Assembly (NCBI GenBank): GCA_016839705.1
Contig: JAEOTR010000065.1
Span: 1 to 62,952 of the forward strand
Length of the DNA stretch: 62,952 nucleotides
Reading direction: 5' to 3'
From: Promethearchaeota archaeon
GTDB taxonomy: Archaea > Asgardarchaeota > Lokiarchaeia > Sigyniarchaeales > SOKP01
Under the pieces are notes generated by a model. That model made no database searches and was not told the origin of the DNA. It worked only from the letters and a program-made list of their open reading frames with translations. The position numbers and the translations under genes are program-made. Positions 31,203 to 39,814 of the stretch are shown here, piece after piece; position 1 is the stretch's first letter, and every line of letters starts with the position of its first letter.

Positions 31203-32030
31203 ATGAGCGAAAAAAAATATGTTTTAGTTGAAGAAAATGAAGACCAAACAATAACAACCATTAAGTTGAATCGCTTAGAGAAAAGAAATGCTTTAAACTG
31301 GGAGGTTATAAACGGTTTAGAAAAAGCGATTGAAGAAGCTGAACGTTCAAAGACCCGAGTTATCATCATTACTGGAGCATCCGATTATTTTAGTGCGGGA
31401 ATTGATTTGAATACTCTCGCAGGTCAAGATAATTCAGGAGGGGAAAGAAATCCTGATTTGAATACACCCCCTCATTTTCGATATAGCTTAAATACTAGAT
31501 TTCATCCTTTAGTAGTAAAAATTGGGAAAATTGAAAAACCTTTTATTGCTAGAATCGAAGGATTCTGCTTAGGTTTAGGTTTTGAGTTAGCCCTTTCCTG
31601 TGATTTCCGATTTTGCTTAGAAAATGCTACTTTCAGTATGCCTGAGGTAAAAGTGGGAATCATTCCCGACGTTTCTGGGACAACCAGACTTACACGACTT
31701 TGTGGAATATCGCACGCAAAAGATATTGCATTAACAGGTAGGGTTTTTGATGGCACTGAAGCTTTTAGAATGGGTGTAGTAAACGGAGTAGCAAAAAATA
31801 GAGAAGATTTAGATGCATTGGTGAAAAAATATGCAGATGAATTGATTGGTAGCGCACCATTAGCAGTAGGTATAGGAAAGAAACTAATTGATGATATCTA
31901 TGGCCAAAATCTTGAATTCGGTTTAGAAATGGAAGGTCTTGTAAACTCCCAATTATTAACTTCAAAAGATTTTATGACGGGAGTAATGGCTAGGATTCAA
32001 AAGAAAAAACCAGAATGGCAAGGTAAATAA
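31203..32030 (+). CDS. Enoyl-CoA hydratase/isomerase family protein
   Basis: LNRLEKRNAL, FSAGIDL, GFELALSCDFR and PEVKVGIIPD. The ATG at 31203 follows GGAGTGA. Confidence 0.92.
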   Translation: MSEKKYVLVEENEDQTITTIKLNRLEKRNALNWEVINGLEKAIEEAERSKTRVIIITGASDYFSAGIDLNTLAGQDNSGGERNPDLNTPPHFRYSLNTRFHPLVVKIGKIEKPFIARIEGFCLGLGFELALSCDFRFCLENATFSMPEVKVGIIPDVSGTTRLTRLCGISHAKDIALTGRVFDGTEAFRMGVVNGVAKNREDLDALVKKYADELIGSAPLAVGIGKKLIDDIYGQNLEFGLEMEGLVNSQLLTSKDFMTGVMARIQKKKPEWQGK

Positions 32031-32130
32031 AAATTATCTAACATTCTTTTTTATATTAAATAGTGGTCACTGATTATTAGGTAGTTAATTATCAAAAGAA
32101 GCTTGAACGGAAAAAAAATTTTTGCTATCC

Positions 32131-32280
32131 TTAAGTAGTTAGTTCAAGGATGTTGCTAAGTATAGAATTGTGGTATTTCTTAGGTTGAATCTGTAATTCT
32201 TCATTCAACCAGATTTTGAGCTTAACTTCCTCTAATAAATTTTCCAATCTAATATCATAGGCTATTTCTTTATCCGACAC
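32131..32280 (-). CDS. Putative small protein, 49 aa (MSDKEIAYDIRLENLLEEVKLKIWLNEEL...)
   Basis: Read by hand; GTG start; protein-like helical composition; sits in a 570-nt gap. Confidence 0.45.
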   Translation of the reverse strand: MSDKEIAYDIRLENLLEEVKLKIWLNEELQIQPKKYHNSILSNILELTT

Positions 32281-32602
32281 AATTGAGTAACAATAATACT
32301 TGTATTTAAATTAGTGTATAATGAAAAATAGGTTCGCTTGTTAATTATTAACTTATTAATATATTACAGATTCTCAAGGTATAACTTTCTTGACCCATAA
32401 TTAAGCTTAAATTTAAAAATATTTTTTCTAATTCATCTATAAGTTATAAATCTTAGAATTTTTTACCACAAATTAGTTAACAATTAATAACCCGTTAATA
32501 AAATTTAGTAGATGAACTATATAGATCTATTGAATTATATAGCATTCTGCTTAAAAGTCATGAAATTAATACTTAATTAATTAACAACAATTTTTGATTT
32601 AA

Positions 32603-33265
32603 ATGAAAGAGATTGACGAGAAAGAGTTAAATAAGCTAAACATAGATGATCTAACTCATTTGTTTATGGAAGTTATTAATGAACAAAACTTAAAGCTTAT
32701 ACAAGGTATTGAGTTTCTTGTAGAGGAAAAGTTCGAGAATTTTAAAAAAAATCTGCAATATGTAATAGACGCAGATGCAGAGGTCAGAATTAAAAAACGA
32801 TTTGAATCTAAGATATTCAAATCAAAATTAATGTTTTCAAAATCAGATCGATTAAAACTTTTCACTAAAATCAATGATATTAAAAACATCGGGGAATTTA
32901 TAGCTAACAAATTACTCCTTTATAGGGCTGTTTTCCCTGATGAAAAATTTAAATTGCATATAAGAAGCATTCTTAAGTCTTTAAAAGTAATATCTAATGA
33001 GCTTTCTGAAGCTGTCAAGTTGATAGGAACTGATTTAAGTAAAGCTCATGACATCTGTGAAGATATTAAAGAAGAAAGGCGTAAAATGAGAGAAGAGGAA
33101 TGGCAACTTTTAAATCGACTTTATAATTATGATATGGATTACTTATCAAGAACTTTCATATATCTTAAAGAATTGATTGAAAGTATCATGATGTTAGCTG
33201 ATCATATTAAAAATTTTGCTGAATCCATCCAATTCTTGGCAACTAAATATCTAGTTTTCGACTAA
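32603..33265 (+). CDS. DUF47/PhoU-like phosphate transport regulator
   Basis: All-helical; FSKSDRLKL and LADHIKNFAE; adjacent to PiT. Confidence 0.75.
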   Translation: MKEIDEKELNKLNIDDLTHLFMEVINEQNLKLIQGIEFLVEEKFENFKKNLQYVIDADAEVRIKKRFESKIFKSKLMFSKSDRLKLFTKINDIKNIGEFIANKLLLYRAVFPDEKFKLHIRSILKSLKVISNELSEAVKLIGTDLSKAHDICEDIKEERRKMREEEWQLLNRLYNYDMDYLSRTFIYLKELIESIMMLADHIKNFAESIQFLATKYLVFD

Positions 33266-33287
33266 AAAAGAGTATTCCTGATTTGTT

Positions 33288-34325
33288 ATGGTTACTGAAG
33301 TTGATTTAATTTTAATCATAGTGTTAACAGTTATGGCTGTTGCCTTAGCATTTAGCATAGGCGCAAATGATGAGACTCTTGCGAGTCTTATTGGTGCGGG
33401 TGTGCTCAAATTTAAAATTGCGTTAATTATAGGCGGCACCGCAATAGGCGCGGGCATGATTATATTTAGTGGCGGTTTTGTTCCTGAAACAGTAGGTCGA
33501 AGTCTTTTAGGTGAGGGTTTAAATTCAGAATATACTAATATTATGCTTTTAGCTGTATTAATAAGTAGTATAATCTGGTTAGTTGTGGGTAGTTTTGCAG
33601 GGATTCCCTTAAGTAGTACCCATGCTTTAATTGGGAGTATTGTAGGAGTTGTTATAGTTTACGCTATATTTCAAGGGGGAATTGATCTCACTACAGCATT
33701 TAACTATACGAAGTTGGGAAACGTTGTCTTAAGTTGGTTTATATCACCAATATCCGGTTTATTAGTAACTTATCTCCTCTATAAAGTAAGTGCTAAATCA
33801 TTTTTATCTCGTCTAAAAGGACTTAATCAAATTGAAAAATCCGAGAAATCTTTTAAATGGTTACTTTTGATTGCTGTCATTTTTGCCGAGATATGGGTTG
33901 GGGCTAACTCGGGGGAAGCTTTGGGTATCCTGTTAGGGCTCAGAGAAAATGGGTCTATAAACATTGGTCAATACATTACATTTGCAATTTTTTGTGCAAT
34001 TTTTGCTTTCCTAGGTATTTATTTTGCGGCACGATATGTGATTAGAAATCTTGCTTCTCATATGATAGACACCCGTCCTAGTGAGGGTTTTATTATTCAA
34101 GTAAGTTCTGCCATTATTTTAATGATAGCAACACTGTGGGCACTTCCAATAAGTCACTCTCATGTAATCGTGTTTTGCATAATTGGTATGAGTATTGCTC
34201 AAAAAAAAGAGGTAGATTATAAAGGTTTAGGTAAAATGGGACTCTATTGGGTTCTTACATTTCCAATAGCTGCTCTTTTAGCTGGATTTTTATATTTTAT
34301 TTTAAGTTCATTTGGATTATCATGA
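33288..34325 (+). CDS. Inorganic phosphate transporter, PiT family
   Basis: SIGAND, GIPLSSTHALIG, WFISP, GANS and LPISHSH. Confidence 0.93.
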   Translation: MVTEVDLILIIVLTVMAVALAFSIGANDETLASLIGAGVLKFKIALIIGGTAIGAGMIIFSGGFVPETVGRSLLGEGLNSEYTNIMLLAVLISSIIWLVVGSFAGIPLSSTHALIGSIVGVVIVYAIFQGGIDLTTAFNYTKLGNVVLSWFISPISGLLVTYLLYKVSAKSFLSRLKGLNQIEKSEKSFKWLLLIAVIFAEIWVGANSGEALGILLGLRENGSINIGQYITFAIFCAIFAFLGIYFAARYVIRNLASHMIDTRPSEGFIIQVSSAIILMIATLWALPISHSHVIVFCIIGMSIAQKKEVDYKGLGKMGLYWVLTFPIAALLAGFLYFILSSFGLS

Positions 34326-34375
34326 TAAATATTATAAAGATAAAAAAAATATATTATAATAATTGAAACTAAAAG

Positions 34376-35059
34376 GTGGTAGAAATAGGCTCCTTAATTG
34401 AATTTTTGAAAAGAGAAACGGCAGTAAATGCTTTAGAAAAATCAGTCAAACATGCAAAAATAGTGCAAGAATGTGTAAAGAATTTAGATCTTGGTCTACA
34501 AATATTACTGAAGGAAAAAGATACGGAGAAATCATATGCTTTATTTCATAAAGTCGATAATTTAGAAAGAGATGCGGATAATATGAGGAGAGAAATTCAA
34601 AAAGATGTTTCAACAGGCGAATTAAATCCTAGCGTACGTCAGAATCTCTCTCATTTAATAAAAAGGATGGACGATGTTGCAAATTGTTGTACAGGTGTTG
34701 CTCGTAGAATTAATACTATTCCTATAAAATTTTGGGAAGAAAGTAGTAAAGAAACAATCGAAATTATTCTGGAAATGATGAAGACTACCGTTGAATGCGT
34801 TCAATTTTTAGATAAAATAGTACTTGATTTACTTGAGGATAGAAAATACATTAAGGAATACTCGCAAAATATTAACCAACTTGAACACATAGTAGATTTA
34901 CTTAATATCAAATTAAGAAAGGATTTACAAGAAACTGAATACACGGTGAATTATTTTACTATATTTACAGCGGGAAATGTTTTCGACATTTTAGAAGCTA
35001 TATCTGATTCGATTGAAGGTGTTGCGGATTACATTTTGGTACTATTAACAAATTACTAA
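34376..35059 (+). CDS. DUF47 family phosphate transport regulator
   Basis: LERDADNMRREI, MDDVAN, LEHIVD and ISDSIEGVAD. Confidence 0.88.
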   Translation: MVEIGSLIEFLKRETAVNALEKSVKHAKIVQECVKNLDLGLQILLKEKDTEKSYALFHKVDNLERDADNMRREIQKDVSTGELNPSVRQNLSHLIKRMDDVANCCTGVARRINTIPIKFWEESSKETIEIILEMMKTTVECVQFLDKIVLDLLEDRKYIKEYSQNINQLEHIVDLLNIKLRKDLQETEYTVNYFTIFTAGNVFDILEAISDSIEGVADYILVLLTNY

Positions 35060-35133
35060 CAAGCTATAGTTGGGACAAAACGTGTAATTTGAATTGCTAG
35101 GTTTTTTTTACACTAAAATGAAAGTGAATTTAG

Positions 35134-36132
35134 TTAAATTAAATTGTTAATGATTATTTCCGAAATATCTCCCGCATATTCTCCAGTTCGTCTTATACTC
35201 TCAATTACATAACCAATGGCAATTGAGGATTCAGTATTATTACTCGAGTCAAAGCTAATCTTTTCTGTAGTAGAAATTAGATCCCTTATTAATTCTATAC
35301 TTTGATTTGCCAGATTGATATCTTTTTGAAGCCATGCATCCAAACTTCTATTTAGTAGCTCTAAAGAAAAGTTACTTGCACTTTCAATTTGATCGTTTAA
35401 TTTTTTATCGATTTCATGTGTACCAAGGTTGATAACATTTTTTGAAATCTTTACGGCGTGGTCAGCTATCCGTTCTAGGAACCTACTTATTTGTTGAAAA
35501 TGTACGGCTTCTTCTAATGTGATACCCATTTTTTGACATAGAATAATATCGGATAATGCAATGCTCACTTGTCGCATTATTAAATAGTGTAATCGATCTA
35601 CATCATTATCGCTCTTTATAACCTCTTCTGCCAAAATTATGTCACCAGTTTTCAAAGCCTTTATTGCTTCCTCATGCATATTTTGAACAAGGATAAACAT
35701 TCTTCTTATCGTTTTTTCAAAAGGCATCTCCCTTGGGTTTACTAAATCTTTAATCTTTATGTAGTTACTTGATTCTTCTTCAATCTCGGGACCTATGGCG
35801 ATTTGGGTAAATTTTCTTATGGTATCTCTTATATGCGGTTCAAATTTTATACTCGATTTTATAATTATTACTGAAAAGCCCATTATATACGCCCCTATCA
35901 GTGCCCGAAATAGAAAGTTATTGTCAGGAAAGTCCTCAGCAATTATTTCTTTAGTTTTTAGAATTTCAATGGTCTCAATTTGTGGAGTTATTAATAAATT
36001 ACCATCTGGCTGGCTTAAAATTCCTAATGTAGCGTTCTTCTCAATGCTGTGCTTATCAATCCATGCTTTAGGTAATGATATAATATAACTTGAACCCCCT
36101 GTTTTTTGAACTTTTCTTGTTTGGAATGACAT
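35134..36132 (-). CDS. phoU: Archaeal phosphate uptake regulator (AbrB-like N-terminal domain plus PhoU domains)
   Basis: RKVQKTGGSSYIISLPKAW, DNDVDRL, LERIADHA and IRRTGEY..DISE. Confidence 0.92.
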   Translation of the reverse strand: MSFQTRKVQKTGGSSYIISLPKAWIDKHSIEKNATLGILSQPDGNLLITPQIETIEILKTKEIIAEDFPDNNFLFRALIGAYIMGFSVIIIKSSIKFEPHIRDTIRKFTQIAIGPEIEEESSNYIKIKDLVNPREMPFEKTIRRMFILVQNMHEEAIKALKTGDIILAEEVIKSDNDVDRLHYLIMRQVSIALSDIILCQKMGITLEEAVHFQQISRFLERIADHAVKISKNVINLGTHEIDKKLNDQIESASNFSLELLNRSLDAWLQKDINLANQSIELIRDLISTTEKISFDSSNNTESSIAIGYVIESIRRTGEYAGDISEIIINNLI

Positions 36133-36199
36133 ATTAATCCATAAATCTATAGTTATCTATACAAGAATTATTAATATATATATTTATAAACTTTTTCTA

Positions 36200-36272
36200 T
36201 ATATTCTATATAGTAAAATTAGTCATGATTATGATTTCAGACCCTATTAATATTTAGACTATATAGAATATA
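36200..36272. promoter_or_regulatory. 15-bp perfect inverted repeat in the phoU divergent promoter region
   Basis: tatattctatatagt (36200-36214) and actatatagaatata (36258-36272); each arm contains the palindrome CTATATAG. Confidence 0.45.
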
Positions 36273-36342
36273 GTTGAAATCTTTAAGTTCAGTTTCGAAT
36301 TCAGATTAGTAATATTATAAATATCCTAAACAGGAGATATTA

Positions 36343-36960
36343 ATGGATTCATATGATAAATTGCCAGATGCTGAAATTAAACCTGTAGGGCAAATATCAA
36401 AAAAATTTTTGGATCTTGGAATAGATTCATTTAAGCAAGCTTGCGAATATGTAAACAATATTGAGTATGGTTATAATACAAATTATGATGATAAACTGAT
36501 TTTTTTTAAGGAGAAAAAGGGCACTTGCACATCAAAACATGCCGTTATAGCAGGTCTTGCAGAAGAACTTAACATCCCACTCTTCAAACATGTGGGTGTA
36601 TATAAATTCACGGAGGAAATTTCAACCGGTACCAACAAGATTCTAGGAAAATATAGCATTCCCTATGTACCAATGGTTCATTGCTTTCTAGTATATAAAG
36701 GCTTCCGTTTCGATCTTACAGAGGGTAATTGCAATGGGAAAAATACAACTATTAATGAACTTATCTATGAGGAACAAGTTAATCCTTTTATCAGCGGGAA
36801 AGATGAATATTTACTATTTAAAAAGGTGATAAATAATTATGTCTTACCCACGAAAGAAATGGAGGGAATAAAAGAAAAATTGCTTTTAAAAGCTAGAAAT
36901 GAATCTATTAAACTTCTAATGGAAAATGTCAAAAAGCAGAAAAATCAAAAAATTAACTGA
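36343..36960 (+). CDS. Hypothetical protein, transglutaminase-like Cys-His-Asp candidate
   Basis: KGTCTSKH, VHCFL and RFDLT in the expected order. Confidence 0.7.
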   Translation: MDSYDKLPDAEIKPVGQISKKFLDLGIDSFKQACEYVNNIEYGYNTNYDDKLIFFKEKKGTCTSKHAVIAGLAEELNIPLFKHVGVYKFTEEISTGTNKILGKYSIPYVPMVHCFLVYKGFRFDLTEGNCNGKNTTINELIYEEQVNPFISGKDEYLLFKKVINNYVLPTKEMEGIKEKLLLKARNESIKLLMENVKKQKNQKIN

Positions 36961-37031
36961 ATTATTCTTACTTTTTATGAGACTTCACAATCTAAACATT
37001 AATTATCAGGCTTAATGAAGTTGTTTAGAAC

Positions 37032-37100
37032 TTAAGTGCTCTTAGCAATTATTGACATCGTTATGAAGTCCGCTACATCCTCACAATTATCGGATATTGC
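37032..37100 (-). pseudogene. 3' remnant of a DUF47-like gene (AISDNCEDVADFITMSIIAKST*)
   Basis: Aligns by eye to the C-terminus of the 34376..35059 product (AISDSIEGVADYILVLLTNY*). There is no start codon, and an in-frame stop lies just upstream. Confidence 0.6.
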
Positions 37101-37112
37101 AAGGAAAAATAG

Positions 37113-37134
37113 TTACAAAGGAGAACCTTTGTAA
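37113..37134 (-). terminator. Stem-loop plus T-tract terminator downstream of the GRE gene
   Basis: Perfect 9-bp stem ttacaaagg/cctttgtaa with a 4-nt loop, followed on the minus strand by ctattttt. Confidence 0.6.
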
Positions 37135-37159
37135 GTTGTAAATCAAACCTTTTATTCTT

Positions 37160-39583
37160 CTAAAGTCCGTGTTCCGTTCGAGCTATTATGCTATCTTGAA
37201 CCATTTTATCCAAATCAACAAAACGGGCGTTGTAGCCTGCTACCTTGACCACAAGATCCTTAAACTTTTCAGGTTCTTTTTGTGCTGCTATTAATGTCTT
37301 TGCAGACACGACGTTAATCTGAACATGATCAACCTTTTGATCTACAAATACTCTGATAAGGTCTGCCAACCTTTTGATACCATCCTCTTTTTCAAATACG
37401 ACTGGATCAAGTTTCATGTTTAGAGTTTGGCCTAGCGAAAGTTCTGGATTGTTAATCTTACCCATGGACTTGAGAACCGCAGTAGGACCATTTATATCAC
37501 TACCTATTGTAGGAGATGCTCCATCAGAGATGGGTGCCCGGCTTTTTCTTCCTGAGGGTAGTGCTCCCACCATTAGACCTTGAGGTACATAAGATGACAT
37601 TGGTACTTGATAAGCGTATTTCGTACCACCGTATGTTGTTTTATATTTCATTGCTTCTGTTGCGACAAGGTGGCTTACCCAGGCAACTTGTTCATCTGCA
37701 TAATCATCATCATTACCGAATTTCGGAGCGTCTAAGCACATTTTATGGATATCTTCATATCTTTTAAAATCATTGTCAAGTGCATCACATAACTCTGCCA
37801 TCGTAATTTTTTTATCGTCAAACACTACTTTCTTAATAGCTGCTAGTGAATTACCTGCATCGACAGTTCCAGATGAAGAAACTGCACCCAAACTGTAGCG
37901 TGCTCCACCTTCCTCTCTACAAATTCCATTTTCAATACAGTCTTCAGTTAAAGCTGATGTGAAAGGAGTTGGTTGAAGTAATTGTTCACCAAGGTTAGCA
38001 GAGATTGCACCCCTTTTCATCTCAAAAGCTACTTGTGAACGAAATGCTTCTCTTACCTCTTCAAATGATTTAAATTGCCTTGCATCACCAGTTTCTACCC
38101 CCCTTCTTTTACCGAAAATTCTACTCCAGCCATTAGTCATCACAAGTTCCATTAAAAGCGCAAGATGTTGCGTTTGATTTACTTCCCATCCACTTTCCAT
38201 CGTATGTATACTGGGTTCATGGCAACCAACACAACCACCAAATTCTCTGGCCATCTCTAAAGAAACAGGACGCCCTCCAATGGTAGATCCGCGACCAAGT
38301 AGATTATCAACCAGAACATCATGATTGACATATTGAGGGTTACCACTACCCACCGAAGTCAATTGGCATGCTTTTATTAATATATCATCGGGTGTTTTAC
38401 TATGCACTAAAAGACCGATTGCAGGTTCTACCATCCCTGGAGTGTGCATTATAGCTTCGATAAACATGTAGGAAAGTGCATTTGTTGCATCTGTTCCATC
38501 AGCTTTTTGACCACCAATATCAAGATGATGACCAGGTGTATATTGTGAAATAACTCCAAATTTGGTCCAAAGACCAAACGATTGTGAAAACCGCATACAC
38601 CAGCAATCAATCAATTCCTGGGCTTCCTCCTTTGTTATTCTTCCTTCTCTTATATCCTTCTCATAGAAAGGATACAGATATTGATCGGCTCTTCCCAGAC
38701 TTATTCCCCCATGAAATCCTATCTCCCAACCGAGTAGCATATGAGTGAACCAGACTGACTGCAGCGCTTCGTAGAAAGTTCTTGCTGGATGTGCTGGTAC
38801 TCTTTCGCATATTTCCGCAATTTTAAGGAGTTCATCTTTTCTCTGATCATCCTGTTCCTCCTCTGCAAGTGATCTAGCCTTAGAAGCAAATCTCTCCCCA
38901 ATCTCAGCAGCGGCATCTAATGCTAGAATAACTCCCTCAAGGAAAGGAACTTTCTGAATATCTTCTGCATCTATTAGGTTTATTCTCTCCAATCTTTCTT
39001 CGGCATCACGCTTTATTCCTAAAAATCCTTTTTTCAAGACTTTTGGATAGTTAACAACATAGTGACAAACTTTCAATGACTCATAAGCATACTCTACTCC
39101 CATTTTTCTTGCTTCTGGAGGAACAATTGCGGGATGATAATGTTTTCTCCAATATGGATAAATTTCCTCCCTTAGAATTTTCTTATCTTCCTCATCAATA
39201 AGAAAGGGATCACTTTTCCTAGTACTCAGAGTATCTAATTCACTCTCGAGCCCAAATGCAGTCCATGTAATTGCATTAAAAGGAATTTCAGTACCCCGCG
39301 GCTCAGAAAATAACCATCCCACGAAAAACTCATCGGGATAAATATTTACTGGCACTCCTCTCACGATTGCGGCAAATGATTTAGCTCTTCTGGTAATAAA
39401 CAGTTCTCCTTCAGTTTCTTTTCTACTCTGGGTTCGGATTCGTGCAATATCAATAACTACCTTATTCTTAGTGTTCAAGTATCGCTGTCTTAGAGTTTCA
39501 ACCCTTGATGTTGATTTTATAGTTCTATATTTTTCCCATAAAGACGGTTCTGCAACACTTGATTCATTTACGGACTCTACCAA
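37160..39583 (-). CDS. Glycyl radical enzyme (PFL2/eliminase-like, substrate unknown)
   Basis: SLGRADQYLYPFY, Cys loop GCVGCHEP, PKFGNDDDYAD and Gly loop LVVKVAGYNARF; TTG start. Confidence 0.92.
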   Translation of the reverse strand: MVESVNESSVAEPSLWEKYRTIKSTSRVETLRQRYLNTKNKVVIDIARIRTQSRKETEGELFITRRAKSFAAIVRGVPVNIYPDEFFVGWLFSEPRGTEIPFNAITWTAFGLESELDTLSTRKSDPFLIDEEDKKILREEIYPYWRKHYHPAIVPPEARKMGVEYAYESLKVCHYVVNYPKVLKKGFLGIKRDAEERLERINLIDAEDIQKVPFLEGVILALDAAAEIGERFASKARSLAEEEQDDQRKDELLKIAEICERVPAHPARTFYEALQSVWFTHMLLGWEIGFHGGISLGRADQYLYPFYEKDIREGRITKEEAQELIDCWCMRFSQSFGLWTKFGVISQYTPGHHLDIGGQKADGTDATNALSYMFIEAIMHTPGMVEPAIGLLVHSKTPDDILIKACQLTSVGSGNPQYVNHDVLVDNLLGRGSTIGGRPVSLEMAREFGGCVGCHEPSIHTMESGWEVNQTQHLALLMELVMTNGWSRIFGKRRGVETGDARQFKSFEEVREAFRSQVAFEMKRGAISANLGEQLLQPTPFTSALTEDCIENGICREEGGARYSLGAVSSSGTVDAGNSLAAIKKVVFDDKKITMAELCDALDNDFKRYEDIHKMCLDAPKFGNDDDYADEQVAWVSHLVATEAMKYKTTYGGTKYAYQVPMSSYVPQGLMVGALPSGRKSRAPISDGASPTIGSDINGPTAVLKSMGKINNPELSLGQTLNMKLDPVVFEKEDGIKRLADLIRVFVDQKVDHVQINVVSAKTLIAAQKEPEKFKDLVVKVAGYNARFVDLDKMVQDSIIARTEHGL

Positions 39584-39814
39584 TAAAAAAACACCTTTTT
39601 ATAAAAATTAGGATAATAACTATAATCTTATGTTATATAATTTATAGACTATTTGATATATAAAATTCATCAATTATCAAACTAAGTTTCGATCTTACAG
39701 AGGGGAACTGTATCGGTAAAAATACCGGAAAATGTAGAAAGGCAGAAAAATCAAAGAAATATATCTAGTTTTTATTTGGGGTTCAATACTAAAATTTTAC
39801 TAAAGAAAAGAAGA

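Noticed and set aside
36981-37070. Possible three-way-junction RNA or eukaryote-like SECIS (ATGA..AA..GA)
   Set aside because: The GA quartet spacing is wrong and no nearby gene has a Sec-like in-frame TGA. Half of the region is better explained as a DUF47 coding remnant.
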